Source: Paracoccaceae bacterium (GTDB lineage: Bacteria; Pseudomonadota; Alphaproteobacteria; Rhodobacterales; Rhodobacteraceae). Taken from it: DNA of 64,000 nucleotides. Within the stretch, counting starts at the first letter, position 1. Every line of letters starts with the position of its first letter. Location of the stretch: assembly GCA_902632125.1 (NCBI GenBank), contig CACPBQ010000008.1:24-64023 (forward strand). The letters are read 5' to 3'. This document shows, one piece after another, positions 52,388-61,317 of the stretch. The position numbers and the translations under genes were made by a program. The notes under the pieces were generated by a model. That model made no database searches. It was not told the DNA's origin and saw only the letters and a program-made list of their open reading frames with translations.

Positions 52388-53277
52388 TGGAAAGAATTAA
52401 AATCAGTTCATCGCAGACGATGTCACGTTTGGTATACGGGATGTGGAGATTGGGTGATGACGAAGACACATCGCCAAGTCACGTGCGGAATAAAATATCA
52501 AGTTGTTTGCATCAAGGAATTACCTCTTTTGATCAGGCTGATATATATGGTGGTTATGAGGCTGAAGAAATTCTGGGAAATGCGCTCAAAGGTTCAAAGC
52601 TACGTCAAGAAATGGAAATCGTTACAAAGTGTAATATAGTAGCCCCAGTTGGCAGGTATGAAGGCGCTCGAGTAAAGTACTATGATACTTCAAGAAATCA
52701 TATTATAGGTTCAGTAGATTTATCCTTAAAGCTAATGGGTATCGATTACATAGATTTGCTTTTGCTCCACAGGCCAGATCCCTTGATGGATCATTTCGAA
52801 ACTGGAGCAGCTCTTGATGAAATAATTGCTTCTGGAAAAGTAAGAAATGTGGGTGTTTCTAACTTTAAACCTTGGGATTGGAATTTATTACAAACTGCAA
52901 TGAAGAACAAAATTGTTACTAATCAAATTGAGTTAAGCGTGCTGGCACACGATGGTTTCACTAATGGAGATGTCGCATTTCACCAAGGTAATAATACTCC
53001 CATTATGGCATGGTCTCCTTTAGCGGGAGGAGACTTATTTTTGAAATCGAGCGAAAAGATTTTACGTCAGCTTGAAATTATAGGGGAAAAATTTGGCGCC
53101 GAACCAGGCACCATGGCTGTGGCCTGGTTGCTTGCGCACCCTGCTAATATTCTACCAGTACTAGGAACAAACTCATTGGCTAGGATAAAGACAATTTCAA
53201 AAGCCTTAGAAGTAAAATTAGATAGGCAAACCTGGTTCGAAATTTACACAGCCGCGCTCGGGCGTGAAGTTGCGTAG
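52387..53277 (+). CDS. smoB: Aldo-keto reductase; 6-oxo-glucose reductase SmoB
   Basis: AKR tetrad (DQADIYG, VTKC, LLHRPD), GVSNF and WSPLAGG; overlaps the smoC stop codon. Confidence 0.8.
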   Translation: MERIKISSSQTMSRLVYGMWRLGDDEDTSPSHVRNKISSCLHQGITSFDQADIYGGYEAEEILGNALKGSKLRQEMEIVTKCNIVAPVGRYEGARVKYYDTSRNHIIGSVDLSLKLMGIDYIDLLLLHRPDPLMDHFETGAALDEIIASGKVRNVGVSNFKPWDWNLLQTAMKNKIVTNQIELSVLAHDGFTNGDVAFHQGNNTPIMAWSPLAGGDLFLKSSEKILRQLEIIGEKFGAEPGTMAVAWLLAHPANILPVLGTNSLARIKTISKALEVKLDRQTWFEIYTAALGREVA

Positions 53278-53298
53278 TGGCAATGAAAGTAGATTTTA

Positions 53299-53760
53299 AT
53301 GATTAATTCGAGCGAGTTTAGATCTGCCTTGCGAAAATATGTAACTGGGATCACAATTGTAACCTGTAACAGTAAAAATGGCCCTATCGGAATTACAGCC
53401 AATAGCTTTTCAAGCCTGTCTTTATCTCCACCGTTGGTTTTATGGGCACCTGCAAAGGCGTCTAAAAGGCATGATACTTTTTTAGAAGCCGAAAAATTTA
53501 TTGTTCATATTGCTAGCGAACATCAAGTTGAGCTTTGTAAAAGCTTTTCAAAAAACGCAAATGGGGACAGTGAATTAATTTGGACTTATAATGATGAGGG
53601 TGATGCATTTATCGAAAATTGTTCTGCAAGATTTGAATGTTTAAAATACAATCACTTCGATGGAGGTGACCATTCAATCATCGTAGGAGAAGTAAAAAAA
53701 ATTGAAACAACGAATCTTAAACCACTGATTTATTTGGACGGGAATTACCGCCAACTTTAG
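53299..53760 (+). CDS. smoA: Flavin reductase partner of the monooxygenase, SmoA
   Basis: FRSAL..YVTGITIVT, TANSFSSLSLSPPLVLW and GGDHSIIVGEV (HpaC/NtaB family). Confidence 0.82.
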   Translation: MINSSEFRSALRKYVTGITIVTCNSKNGPIGITANSFSSLSLSPPLVLWAPAKASKRHDTFLEAEKFIVHIASEHQVELCKSFSKNANGDSELIWTYNDEGDAFIENCSARFECLKYNHFDGGDHSIIVGEVKKIETTNLKPLIYLDGNYRQL

Positions 53761-53872
53761 CTTTCGTGACCAAATTTAAGAACATAAAGAGGATAAAATT
53801 GTAAAAAAGCTTTTAGGTTATATGTCTTTAGATAGCCAAACTTTTATATTTGACCTTACACAGTTTTTAGAG

Positions 53873-53912
53873 TTTGCTAGCGCTATCAAAAGTGTAAGTT
53901 TAAGCGCTTAAA
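53873..53912. promoter_or_regulatory. Tandem LacI-family operators upstream of aglE
   Basis: TTTGCTAGCGCTATCAAA (53873-53890) and the perfect palindrome TTTAAGCGCTTAAA (53899-53912), both with an AGCGCT core; TTGACC at 53850. Confidence 0.7.
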
Positions 53913-53984
53913 TGTTAGAAATTAGGTCTTCTTTGGGCTTGATTTAACTAAAACTCAAATGTTTCAACTCTTGGGAGGAAAAGA

Positions 53985-55328
53985 ATGAAACTTAATACTA
54001 AAACTTTAAGCATCACAGCTGCTATATCCTTGGGCTTTGGCTCTATGGGTGTCGCGGGCTCTCACGATGTTTGTAATACGCCTTCTAAATTAGGCGACAT
54101 GGGAAGCTTTCCGGGTGAAGTCATAACTATGCAAGGATCAATGCTGGGCACTGACCAAGAAATGTTAGAAAACACCATTAGTTGCTTTGAAAAAGCCACC
54201 GGTGCAAAAGTTCAATATTCTGGTTCCCGCGATTTCGCAGCATTAGTCGTTGCTGATATGCGTTCAAACAACCCACCTAACATTTCTATCTTTCCACAGC
54301 CAGGTCTTGCCGCTGATATGGCAGCAGAAGGTCACTTGATCCCTATTGGAGACGAAGCAGCCGCATGGATGAAAGAAAATTATGGTGCAGGTTCATCTTG
54401 GGTAGATCTTGGCACTTATAAAGACCCTGACGGTAATGATCAATTCTACGGTTTTGCCTTTAAAATGGATTTAAAATCACTTGTTTGGTATTCACCAGAG
54501 CAATTTGAAGACAACGGCTATGAAATTCCATCCACGATGGAAGAACTTATTGCTCTGTCAGATCAGATGGTAGCTGATGGAAATACACCTTGGTGTATTG
54601 GTGTCGAGTCTGGGAATGCTACAGGTTGGACCGCAACCGACTGGATGGAAGACATCATGCTGCGAACTACTTCAGCCGAAAACTATGACCGATGGGTTTC
54701 AAATGACCTGGCCTTCAATAGTCCAGAAGTGATTAATGCTATGGAACTATATGGCCAATTCTCTCGAAATGATGATTACGTTGCAGGTGGCGCAGCTTCT
54801 GTAGCGACTACTTCATTTGGTGATGCGCCAAAAGGGTTGTTCACATCACCTCCAAGTTGCATGATGCACCGCCAAGCTTCATTCATTACTGGATTTTTCC
54901 CTGATAAGGGTGAAGAAGTTGCACGCGGTGAAGCAGATGCGTTTTATTTCCCACCTTTTGCATCTGGAAACTTAGGTAATCCTGTTCTTGGTGCTGGAAC
55001 TTTGTACACTATGGCGAAAGACTCTCCTGCTACACGTGCTTTCTTTAAATATTTACAAGAAGCCTCAGCACATGAAGCTTGGATGCAGCAGGGTGTATTC
55101 CTTACCGCTCATAAAGGCGCTGATTTAAATGCCTACGCGACACCACTTCTTAGAAAGCAAGGTGAAATCCTAGCAAATGCTACTACATTTCGCTTCGATG
55201 CATCAGATTTAATGCCTGGTGCTATCGGTGCTGGCGCTTTCTGGAGTGAAATGACAGCATTTGCAAACGGACAGGATGCAAAAACTACTGCCGACAATAT
55301 TCAAGCAGCTTGGGACGCTATAAAATAA
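53985..55328 (+). CDS. aglE: Alpha-glucoside ABC transporter substrate-binding protein (AglE/GgtB type)
   Basis: Signal peptide, PQPGL, LKSLVWY, TPWCIGVESGNATGWTATDWMED, MHRQASF and FRFDASDLMP. Confidence 0.85.
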   Translation: MKLNTKTLSITAAISLGFGSMGVAGSHDVCNTPSKLGDMGSFPGEVITMQGSMLGTDQEMLENTISCFEKATGAKVQYSGSRDFAALVVADMRSNNPPNISIFPQPGLAADMAAEGHLIPIGDEAAAWMKENYGAGSSWVDLGTYKDPDGNDQFYGFAFKMDLKSLVWYSPEQFEDNGYEIPSTMEELIALSDQMVADGNTPWCIGVESGNATGWTATDWMEDIMLRTTSAENYDRWVSNDLAFNSPEVINAMELYGQFSRNDDYVAGGAASVATTSFGDAPKGLFTSPPSCMMHRQASFITGFFPDKGEEVARGEADAFYFPPFASGNLGNPVLGAGTLYTMAKDSPATRAFFKYLQEASAHEAWMQQGVFLTAHKGADLNAYATPLLRKQGEILANATTFRFDASDLMPGAIGAGAFWSEMTAFANGQDAKTTADNIQAAWDAIK

Positions 55329-55345
55329 TATAGCAATACAATTTT

Positions 55346-55379
55346 GATGGGAGCACAGCTAAAACCTGTGCTCCTATTC
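55346..55379 (+). terminator. Intercistronic stem-loop after the binding-protein gene (mRNA stabiliser/attenuator)
   Basis: GGAGCACAG-CTAAAAC-CTGTGCTCC. Confidence 0.65.
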
Positions 55380-55403
55380 TGTCAGTTTGGGTCAAACATC
55401 TAA

Positions 55404-56657
55404 ATGCGTTCTGTTCAATCTATAATTTTCAGTAACAGCTTAGCCATCGTGCTCACGATAGTTTGCGTATTACCCATTACTGCCGTCTTTGTATTTTCTT
55501 TAACTGCCCCCATTGACGACGCTTTTGCAAATTTTGGCCTTTGGCTTCACAATAAATATGAATGGTCTGTAGCAACTTTTGTGACAGAATTGAGATTTGC
55601 TAAAGTTGGCTTTGCTTTACGTTCTGTTATAATCGCTTTGTTTATCTCATTTTTATATTATTGGATCTCAAACTGGCTTAATTTTGGGCTGGCAAATTTC
55701 AGATCAACTAGTTCTATTGGAAGAAGATCATTAATCGTAGAAGCCATTCAACCTTGGATATTTGTGGGCCCAGCTCTGATCCTACTCTTACTATTTTTAC
55801 TAATTCCCGCAATTACAACATTAAAAATCTCTTTCACAGAACCTGGTGGAGCAGCCTCAGTTAATAACTATTCATTCCTGTGGGATCCAAACGCTTTGGG
55901 TTATATACAGTTTAGGCTTGCAATGAGAAATAGCTTAATGTGGCTTATTTTAGTCCCGTCTCTTTGTATAATATTTGGGTTACTAATTGCTGTTTTAGCC
56001 GACTCTGTAAGATGGGGTGTAGTTGCAAAAACATTTATTTTTGTACCTTTAGCCATCTCATTTGTTGGAGCAGCCGTGATCTGGCGAAATATATTTGCGG
56101 GTGGAGGCATCGAGCCACAAGAAGCAATAAATGGCGTTACACCTTCCTATCAAATAGGACTACTAAAGGCTATTTTGGGGCACACGCCCGAGTATAATGA
56201 ACCTATGTATAATCTAAAATTTTGGGGTAATTTTTACCTAATGTGGATTATGGTATGGATTAAAACTGGATTTGCGATGGTTATTTTTTCTGCTGCGTTA
56301 AGAGGTGTTCCACAAGAGACAGTAGAAGCCGCCATTATTGACGGAGCAAACCCAAGACAACTGTTCTTTAGAGTGAAATTACCTCAAATTTTTTCAACAG
56401 TTGTTGTAGTATGGACCTACCTTGTTACGGACGTATTAAAGGTTTTTGATATTCCCTATGCGCTTTCCGCTAATGATGACGACAAGCTTCTGCTTGCCAC
56501 GATGATGGAGGCTGCAATGAACACATGGTCTATAGGTGGCAACAATGTTGATAATTTATTTGCCGCTATAGCAATTATGCTAATGCTAACAGTTATACCC
56601 CATATGATTTTTCTTGGTTGGCGTATTCGGCGCGAACAAAAGCTGTTGGAACACTAG
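55404..56657 (+). CDS. aglF: Carbohydrate ABC transporter permease (AglF-like)
   Basis: PWIFVGPA, P.AISFVGAAVIW, TGFAMVIFSAALRGVP and EAAIIDGA. Confidence 0.82.
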   Translation: MRSVQSIIFSNSLAIVLTIVCVLPITAVFVFSLTAPIDDAFANFGLWLHNKYEWSVATFVTELRFAKVGFALRSVIIALFISFLYYWISNWLNFGLANFRSTSSIGRRSLIVEAIQPWIFVGPALILLLLFLLIPAITTLKISFTEPGGAASVNNYSFLWDPNALGYIQFRLAMRNSLMWLILVPSLCIIFGLLIAVLADSVRWGVVAKTFIFVPLAISFVGAAVIWRNIFAGGGIEPQEAINGVTPSYQIGLLKAILGHTPEYNEPMYNLKFWGNFYLMWIMVWIKTGFAMVIFSAALRGVPQETVEAAIIDGANPRQLFFRVKLPQIFSTVVVVWTYLVTDVLKVFDIPYALSANDDDKLLLATMMEAAMNTWSIGGNNVDNLFAAIAIMLMLTVIPHMIFLGWRIRREQKLLEH

Positions 56658-56671
56658 GGATTTGACCGTTC

Positions 56672-57898
56672 ATGTACAACCGTTCATTTGCTCACATTAT
56701 CCTCGCCATTATCCTAGTAATCTGGGTGGTGCCTTTCGTGGCTCTGATCACAACTTCATTCAGATCAGAAATTGCATCTAAGACTTCAGGCTTTTGGACA
56801 GCGTTCACCCCAACAGAACTCGGGCACCGTTTCAGCACACATGATAAAGGTGAACAGGTCAAAATAACGGAAATGCGGGGTAACATTTTCCAACGCATAA
56901 ACAAAGATGAAGAATGGTTTCAAATATCCGGAGAGATTAACTCCATAATGTTTAAAGGTCGAGTTCCCGACCCTGACAAACCCGGGAAAACCAAGCTAAT
57001 CCGGAAACTTGTGCCTGCCGGAGAAGTCATGGATGTCAGAGGGGGCGAATTTGTTTTCCAGGCTAATGGTGATTTTGTTTGGTCTTTTCCGGAAGAAGTT
57101 GCTCCAAAACCGAAAAACCTTGATGTTTTCATAAATCAAAACCCCGTATTTGGCACGGAAGCCTATTTTGAAGTTTTATTGGATAATAAAGACGTACCTA
57201 ACGCCTTGATCTCTTCCTTTATAGTAGTTGTCCCAGCAACAATCATTCCAATAACAGTGGCGGCTTTTGCTGCTTATGCCTTTTCATGGATGCGGTTTCC
57301 GGGCAGGGATTGGTTATTCATAATTGTAGTTTCGCTGATGGTAGTCCCAACGCAATTAGCTTTTTTACCAATACTTCAAGGCTTTAACGGGGTTGCCACA
57401 TGGGCGACGGCTCTAAAACAATGGACAACGGATTGTGAATTAACAAATTCATGTCAATTTCCAACGAAATCATTCGCAGGTTTGTGGCTTACACATACAG
57501 GCTTTGGTCTTCCTCTCGCTATATTTCTTTTACGAAATTATATTGTTGGATTACCCAGAGAATTGCTCGAGAGCGCCAAAATTGATGGCGCCAATCATAT
57601 GCAAATTTTCGTAAAAGTAGTTGTTCCGCTTTCAGTACCAGCGCTTGCTTCTTTCAGTATATTTCAGTTTCTTTGGATCTGGAATGATTTATTGGTAGCC
57701 ATGTTCGTTGGCCCAAGCGAAAATGACAATATAGTTTTCCCAATTCTGTTGGAGCGACAGTTGGGGACTTTTGGAGACCAACTTCACCTTCTCAATGCTT
57801 CAGCCGTAATTTCCATGATAGTCCCAGTGATAGTATTTCTTGCTATGCAAAAATATTTTATTAGGGGTTTGCTCGCTGGATCCGTCAAGGGAGGTTAG
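56672..57898 (+). CDS. aglG: Carbohydrate ABC transporter permease (AglG-like) with large periplasmic loop
   Basis: TSFR...SGFWTA, AAYAFSWMRFPGRD, HTGFGLPLAIFLLRNY, ESAKIDGA and GLLAGSVKGG. Confidence 0.82.
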   Translation: MYNRSFAHIILAIILVIWVVPFVALITTSFRSEIASKTSGFWTAFTPTELGHRFSTHDKGEQVKITEMRGNIFQRINKDEEWFQISGEINSIMFKGRVPDPDKPGKTKLIRKLVPAGEVMDVRGGEFVFQANGDFVWSFPEEVAPKPKNLDVFINQNPVFGTEAYFEVLLDNKDVPNALISSFIVVVPATIIPITVAAFAAYAFSWMRFPGRDWLFIIVVSLMVVPTQLAFLPILQGFNGVATWATALKQWTTDCELTNSCQFPTKSFAGLWLTHTGFGLPLAIFLLRNYIVGLPRELLESAKIDGANHMQIFVKVVVPLSVPALASFSIFQFLWIWNDLLVAMFVGPSENDNIVFPILLERQLGTFGDQLHLLNASAVISMIVPVIVFLAMQKYFIRGLLAGSVKGG

Positions 57899-57901
57899 TG
57901 A

Positions 57902-59470
57902 ATGTCTTCTTTGAAATGGTGGGAACACGCTGTCATTTATCAAATTTATCCTAGGTCGTTCCAGGACTCAAACTCAGATGGAATTGGTGATATCAATGGG
58001 ATCACATCAAGATTAAAATATATTGCAGACCTGGGTGTCGACGCTATTTGGCTCAGTCCGTTTTTCATGTCCCCTCAATATGATTTTGGTTATGATGTAT
58101 CTAATTATTGTGATGTGAACCCTGAGTATGGAAGTCTAAGTGATTTTGATCAATTAATTGAGAAAGCACACGAGCTCGGCTTGCGCCTTATGATAGACAT
58201 TGTCCCGGCTCATTGTTCTTTCTTACACCCATGGTTTGAGGAAAGCCGAAAATCAAAAGACAATCCAAAATCTGATTGGTTTCACTGGGTCGACCCAAAA
58301 CCTGACGGTTGTCCACCAAATAATTGGTTGTCTTTTTTTGGAGGCCCTGCTTGGTCATGGGAGCCTAGGAGACAACAATACTATTTACATAATTTTTTAC
58401 CAGAACAACCGAATTTAAACCACGCAAATCAAGAAGTACAGGAAGAGTTATACAAAGTCGCTAGATTTTGGTTTGACCGAGGCGTTGATGGTTTCAGATT
58501 AGATGCAGTACATACGATTAATGGAGACTGTGAACCCTATAAGGATAATTTGGCAAATCCGAACTTTACCATCGGCCCATTGCCGCAAGACAAACAACCA
58601 TTCTTCAGGCAACTGCATGATGTTGCTCAACTAAATCAACCTGTGATCCAGAAATTTAGTGAAGCATATAGAAAAATTGCGGATGAATATGACGGTGATC
58701 GCTTTCTTATGGGAGAGGTTGATGGTGATGATGGCAATGCTATGACTGTTAGCAAAGCATTTTCGGAGCCGGGCAGACTTCACGCTACTTATAATTTTGA
58801 TCTTCTAGAGTGGGCCGGTTTAAACGTTTCAGAACTCAAGGAGGCGATTGGAAATGCAATAGAGGCATTTAATGGTTCGGGCAGACTGTGTTTTGCTTTT
58901 TCGAACCATGACGTACCCCGCTCAGCTAGTCGACAGCTAATCCCACTTGGAATTACATTAGATAAGCAAGATGATTTGCAATTGTTACTTCTCCAGCTTG
59001 AAACATCACTGATTGGTTCCTCCTGCATCTATCAAGGTGAGGAATTAGGTTTGTCGGACGTGACAAATATTCAATTTGACAAAATGAAAGATCCATGGGG
59101 ATTAAACTTTTATCCTGAGTTCTTAGGCAGAGATACGTGCCGAACCCCTATGGTTTGGGAAAAAAACAAGCCAATGGGAGGCTTTACATCAGCAAATGAA
59201 TCTTGGCTACCAATATCAGAACTTCACATGGAAAAAGCTGGCTTGGACATGGCAAAAAGTGAAGGGTCAATCTACAATAAATTTTCTAGTTTCCTCAAAT
59301 GGCGAAGAAAGCAACCTGCAATGATTTCATCAAATAAAATGTCTGAATTATCAGGAGGGCCAAGCGAGATAATTTTTGACAGAGAAAGTGAAACTCAAAT
59401 ACTGAGATGTAAATTTGATTTTGAATTGGTTGAAGCCACCTTTGAAGAGGTTACCCATGGCACAAGTTGA
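57902..59470 (+). CDS. aglA: GH13 alpha-glucosidase (AglA-like)
   Basis: WW..AVIYQIYPRSFQD, DFGYDVS, catalytic DGFRLDAV / MGEV / SNHD and YQGEELG. Confidence 0.88.
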   Translation: MSSLKWWEHAVIYQIYPRSFQDSNSDGIGDINGITSRLKYIADLGVDAIWLSPFFMSPQYDFGYDVSNYCDVNPEYGSLSDFDQLIEKAHELGLRLMIDIVPAHCSFLHPWFEESRKSKDNPKSDWFHWVDPKPDGCPPNNWLSFFGGPAWSWEPRRQQYYLHNFLPEQPNLNHANQEVQEELYKVARFWFDRGVDGFRLDAVHTINGDCEPYKDNLANPNFTIGPLPQDKQPFFRQLHDVAQLNQPVIQKFSEAYRKIADEYDGDRFLMGEVDGDDGNAMTVSKAFSEPGRLHATYNFDLLEWAGLNVSELKEAIGNAIEAFNGSGRLCFAFSNHDVPRSASRQLIPLGITLDKQDDLQLLLLQLETSLIGSSCIYQGEELGLSDVTNIQFDKMKDPWGLNFYPEFLGRDTCRTPMVWEKNKPMGGFTSANESWLPISELHMEKAGLDMAKSEGSIYNKFSSFLKWRRKQPAMISSNKMSELSGGPSEIIFDRESETQILRCKFDFELVEATFEEVTHGTS

Positions 59471-60515
59471 ACTTAAAAATGTCACTAAATCTTTTGGGCA
59501 AATAAAAGTCATAAAAGATGTTCATCTATCTATAGAAAAAGGCGAATTTGTCGTTTTTGTGGGGCCTTCAGGTTGTGGAAAATCAACGTTGCTCAGGCTC
59601 ATCGCAGGCTTAGAAAATTTAAGTTACGGTGAAATCATAATAGCCGATCGACCTGTTATGGATTTACCGCCCTCAGAAAGGGGGATTGCTATGGTTTTCC
59701 AATCCTATGCTCTCTACCCGCATATGTCTGTTTTCCAGAATATGGCCTTTTCCTTAAGCTTACAAAAATTTTCTAAAGCTGAAATCAGAAAACGTGTTGA
59801 AGCTGCCGCTAAAATCCTTCAAATGGAACATCTTCTCGATCGCAGGCCGGCAGCACTATCTGGTGGACAACGACAGCGAGTTGCTATTGGCAGAGCCATT
59901 GTAAGAAATCCGGATGTATTTTTATTTGATGAACCCTTGTCTAATTTAGACGCTGCGCTTCGACACGACACACGCGTTGAAATTGCCAAGCTACATAAGC
60001 AGTTGGATGCGACAACTATTTACGTAACCCATGATCAAGTAGAGGCTATGACGCTAGCCGACAAAATCGTTGTTTTACGAGACGGTGAAGTCATGCAGGT
60101 TGGATCGCCCATGGATTTATTCAATTCACCAGATAATGAATTTGTCGCTGGCTTTCTTGGATCGCCACAAATGAATTTCTTCGACGGGAGTTTAACAAAA
60201 GTTAAAAAAAATGGTTCATCCGGATCTTTTAAAGGTCAAGGCTTTGAAGCTGGTGATATAAGGCTTACTGCTAAACAAAAAAATACCAATGATCCAGTGC
60301 GCCTAGGTGTTCGACCACAACACTTGCAAATCAACGAAAAAGGTAAACTAGCAGGTCAAGTGACCCTCGTTGAAAAGCTTGGAACGGAAACCGTAGTTGA
60401 ATTGATAACTGAAAATGGAACCCCTTTTAGATATGCTGCAGCGGAAACACCTGACATAGCTATAGGTGACAACTTAAAATTTGAATTTGAAAGCCATAGA
60501 GCGCACTTATTCTAA
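59457..60515 (+). CDS. aglK: Sugar ABC transporter ATP-binding protein (MalK/AglK; probable start 59457)
   Basis: GPSGCGKST, FQSYALYPHM, LSGGQRQR, DEPLSNLDA and VTHDQVEAM. Confidence 0.88.
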   Translation: MAQVELKNVTKSFGQIKVIKDVHLSIEKGEFVVFVGPSGCGKSTLLRLIAGLENLSYGEIIIADRPVMDLPPSERGIAMVFQSYALYPHMSVFQNMAFSLSLQKFSKAEIRKRVEAAAKILQMEHLLDRRPAALSGGQRQRVAIGRAIVRNPDVFLFDEPLSNLDAALRHDTRVEIAKLHKQLDATTIYVTHDQVEAMTLADKIVVLRDGEVMQVGSPMDLFNSPDNEFVAGFLGSPQMNFFDGSLTKVKKNGSSGSFKGQGFEAGDIRLTAKQKNTNDPVRLGVRPQHLQINEKGKLAGQVTLVEKLGTETVVELITENGTPFRYAAAETPDIAIGDNLKFEFESHRAHLF

Positions 60516-60543
60516 TCTGAAATTCCTAAACTTTGATATCCGT

Positions 60544-61317
60544 TCAATTCGACCATCTCGGTTTGGTCTTGTTCAGGAAGGAGTCTATTCCATGACGAGC
60601 CTCCTCACCTTCCCAGATATCTGCTAATTGCTTAATTGTTTGCTCTATAACTTTATCGTCTATAGTAGAGCCAAGTGACCTCACCAAAGCTTTTGCTTCA
60701 CCAACCGCCTTGGGCGCAGTTTCTAAATATGAAGAAATATATTTCTCAGTAGACTGATCCAAGTCATCTGAAATTTCAGACACTATATTCAACCTTTCTG
60801 CATCTAACTCATTGAAAATCTTGGATGACATAAATACTTCACGAGCCTTAGCTTCACCCATTTTCCCAACTACATATGGTCCTATAGTGGAAGGTATCAG
60901 GCCTAATTTTGTTTCAGTAAAGCCAAACTTTACATTTGAGCTTGATATAACGTAATCACATACACAAGCCAAGCCAACTCCCCCACCATAAGCAGCGCCA
61001 TGCACTTTCGCTATAAGAGGGACAGGAAGTTCATTTAGAGCTTTTAGCATCAAAGCTAGTTTTCTTGCTTCGACTATTCTTGTTGATCTATCCGCGTTAA
61101 TTTGGGCATTCATCCACTCTAGATCACCGCCTGCACAAAATAAACTACCCGCTCCCTGTATAACCGTAACACGAATATCAGATGTCACAGAAGCGGCAAA
61201 GTCTGTGAGCTCATCTATCATTTTTGCTGACATGGCATTTCTTTTTTCGGGCCTATTCAAAGTCAGCGAAACGACACCTCTTTTATCTTTGTCCACTATT
61301 AAAGTTTCATAATTCAT
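60544..61317 (-). CDS. Crotonase family; probable methylglutaconyl-CoA hydratase (LiuC)
   Basis: LNRPEKRNA, FCAGGDL.WM, GAAYGGGVGL and ETKLGLIP.TIGPYV; coupled to HMG-CoA lyase. Confidence 0.85.
   Translation of the reverse strand: MNYETLIVDKDKRGVVSLTLNRPEKRNAMSAKMIDELTDFAASVTSDIRVTVIQGAGSLFCAGGDLEWMNAQINADRSTRIVEARKLALMLKALNELPVPLIAKVHGAAYGGGVGLACVCDYVISSSNVKFGFTETKLGLIPSTIGPYVVGKMGEAKAREVFMSSKIFNELDAERLNIVSEISDDLDQSTEKYISSYLETAPKAVGEAKALVRSLGSTIDDKVIEQTIKQLADIWEGEEARHGIDSFLNKTKPRWSN

Noticed and set aside
57902-59470. GH13 enzyme as the cluster's sulfoquinovosidase
   Set aside because: Known SQases are GH31 or GH188. This protein has ordinary GH13 alpha-glucosidase motifs, and a GH188 candidate is already present.
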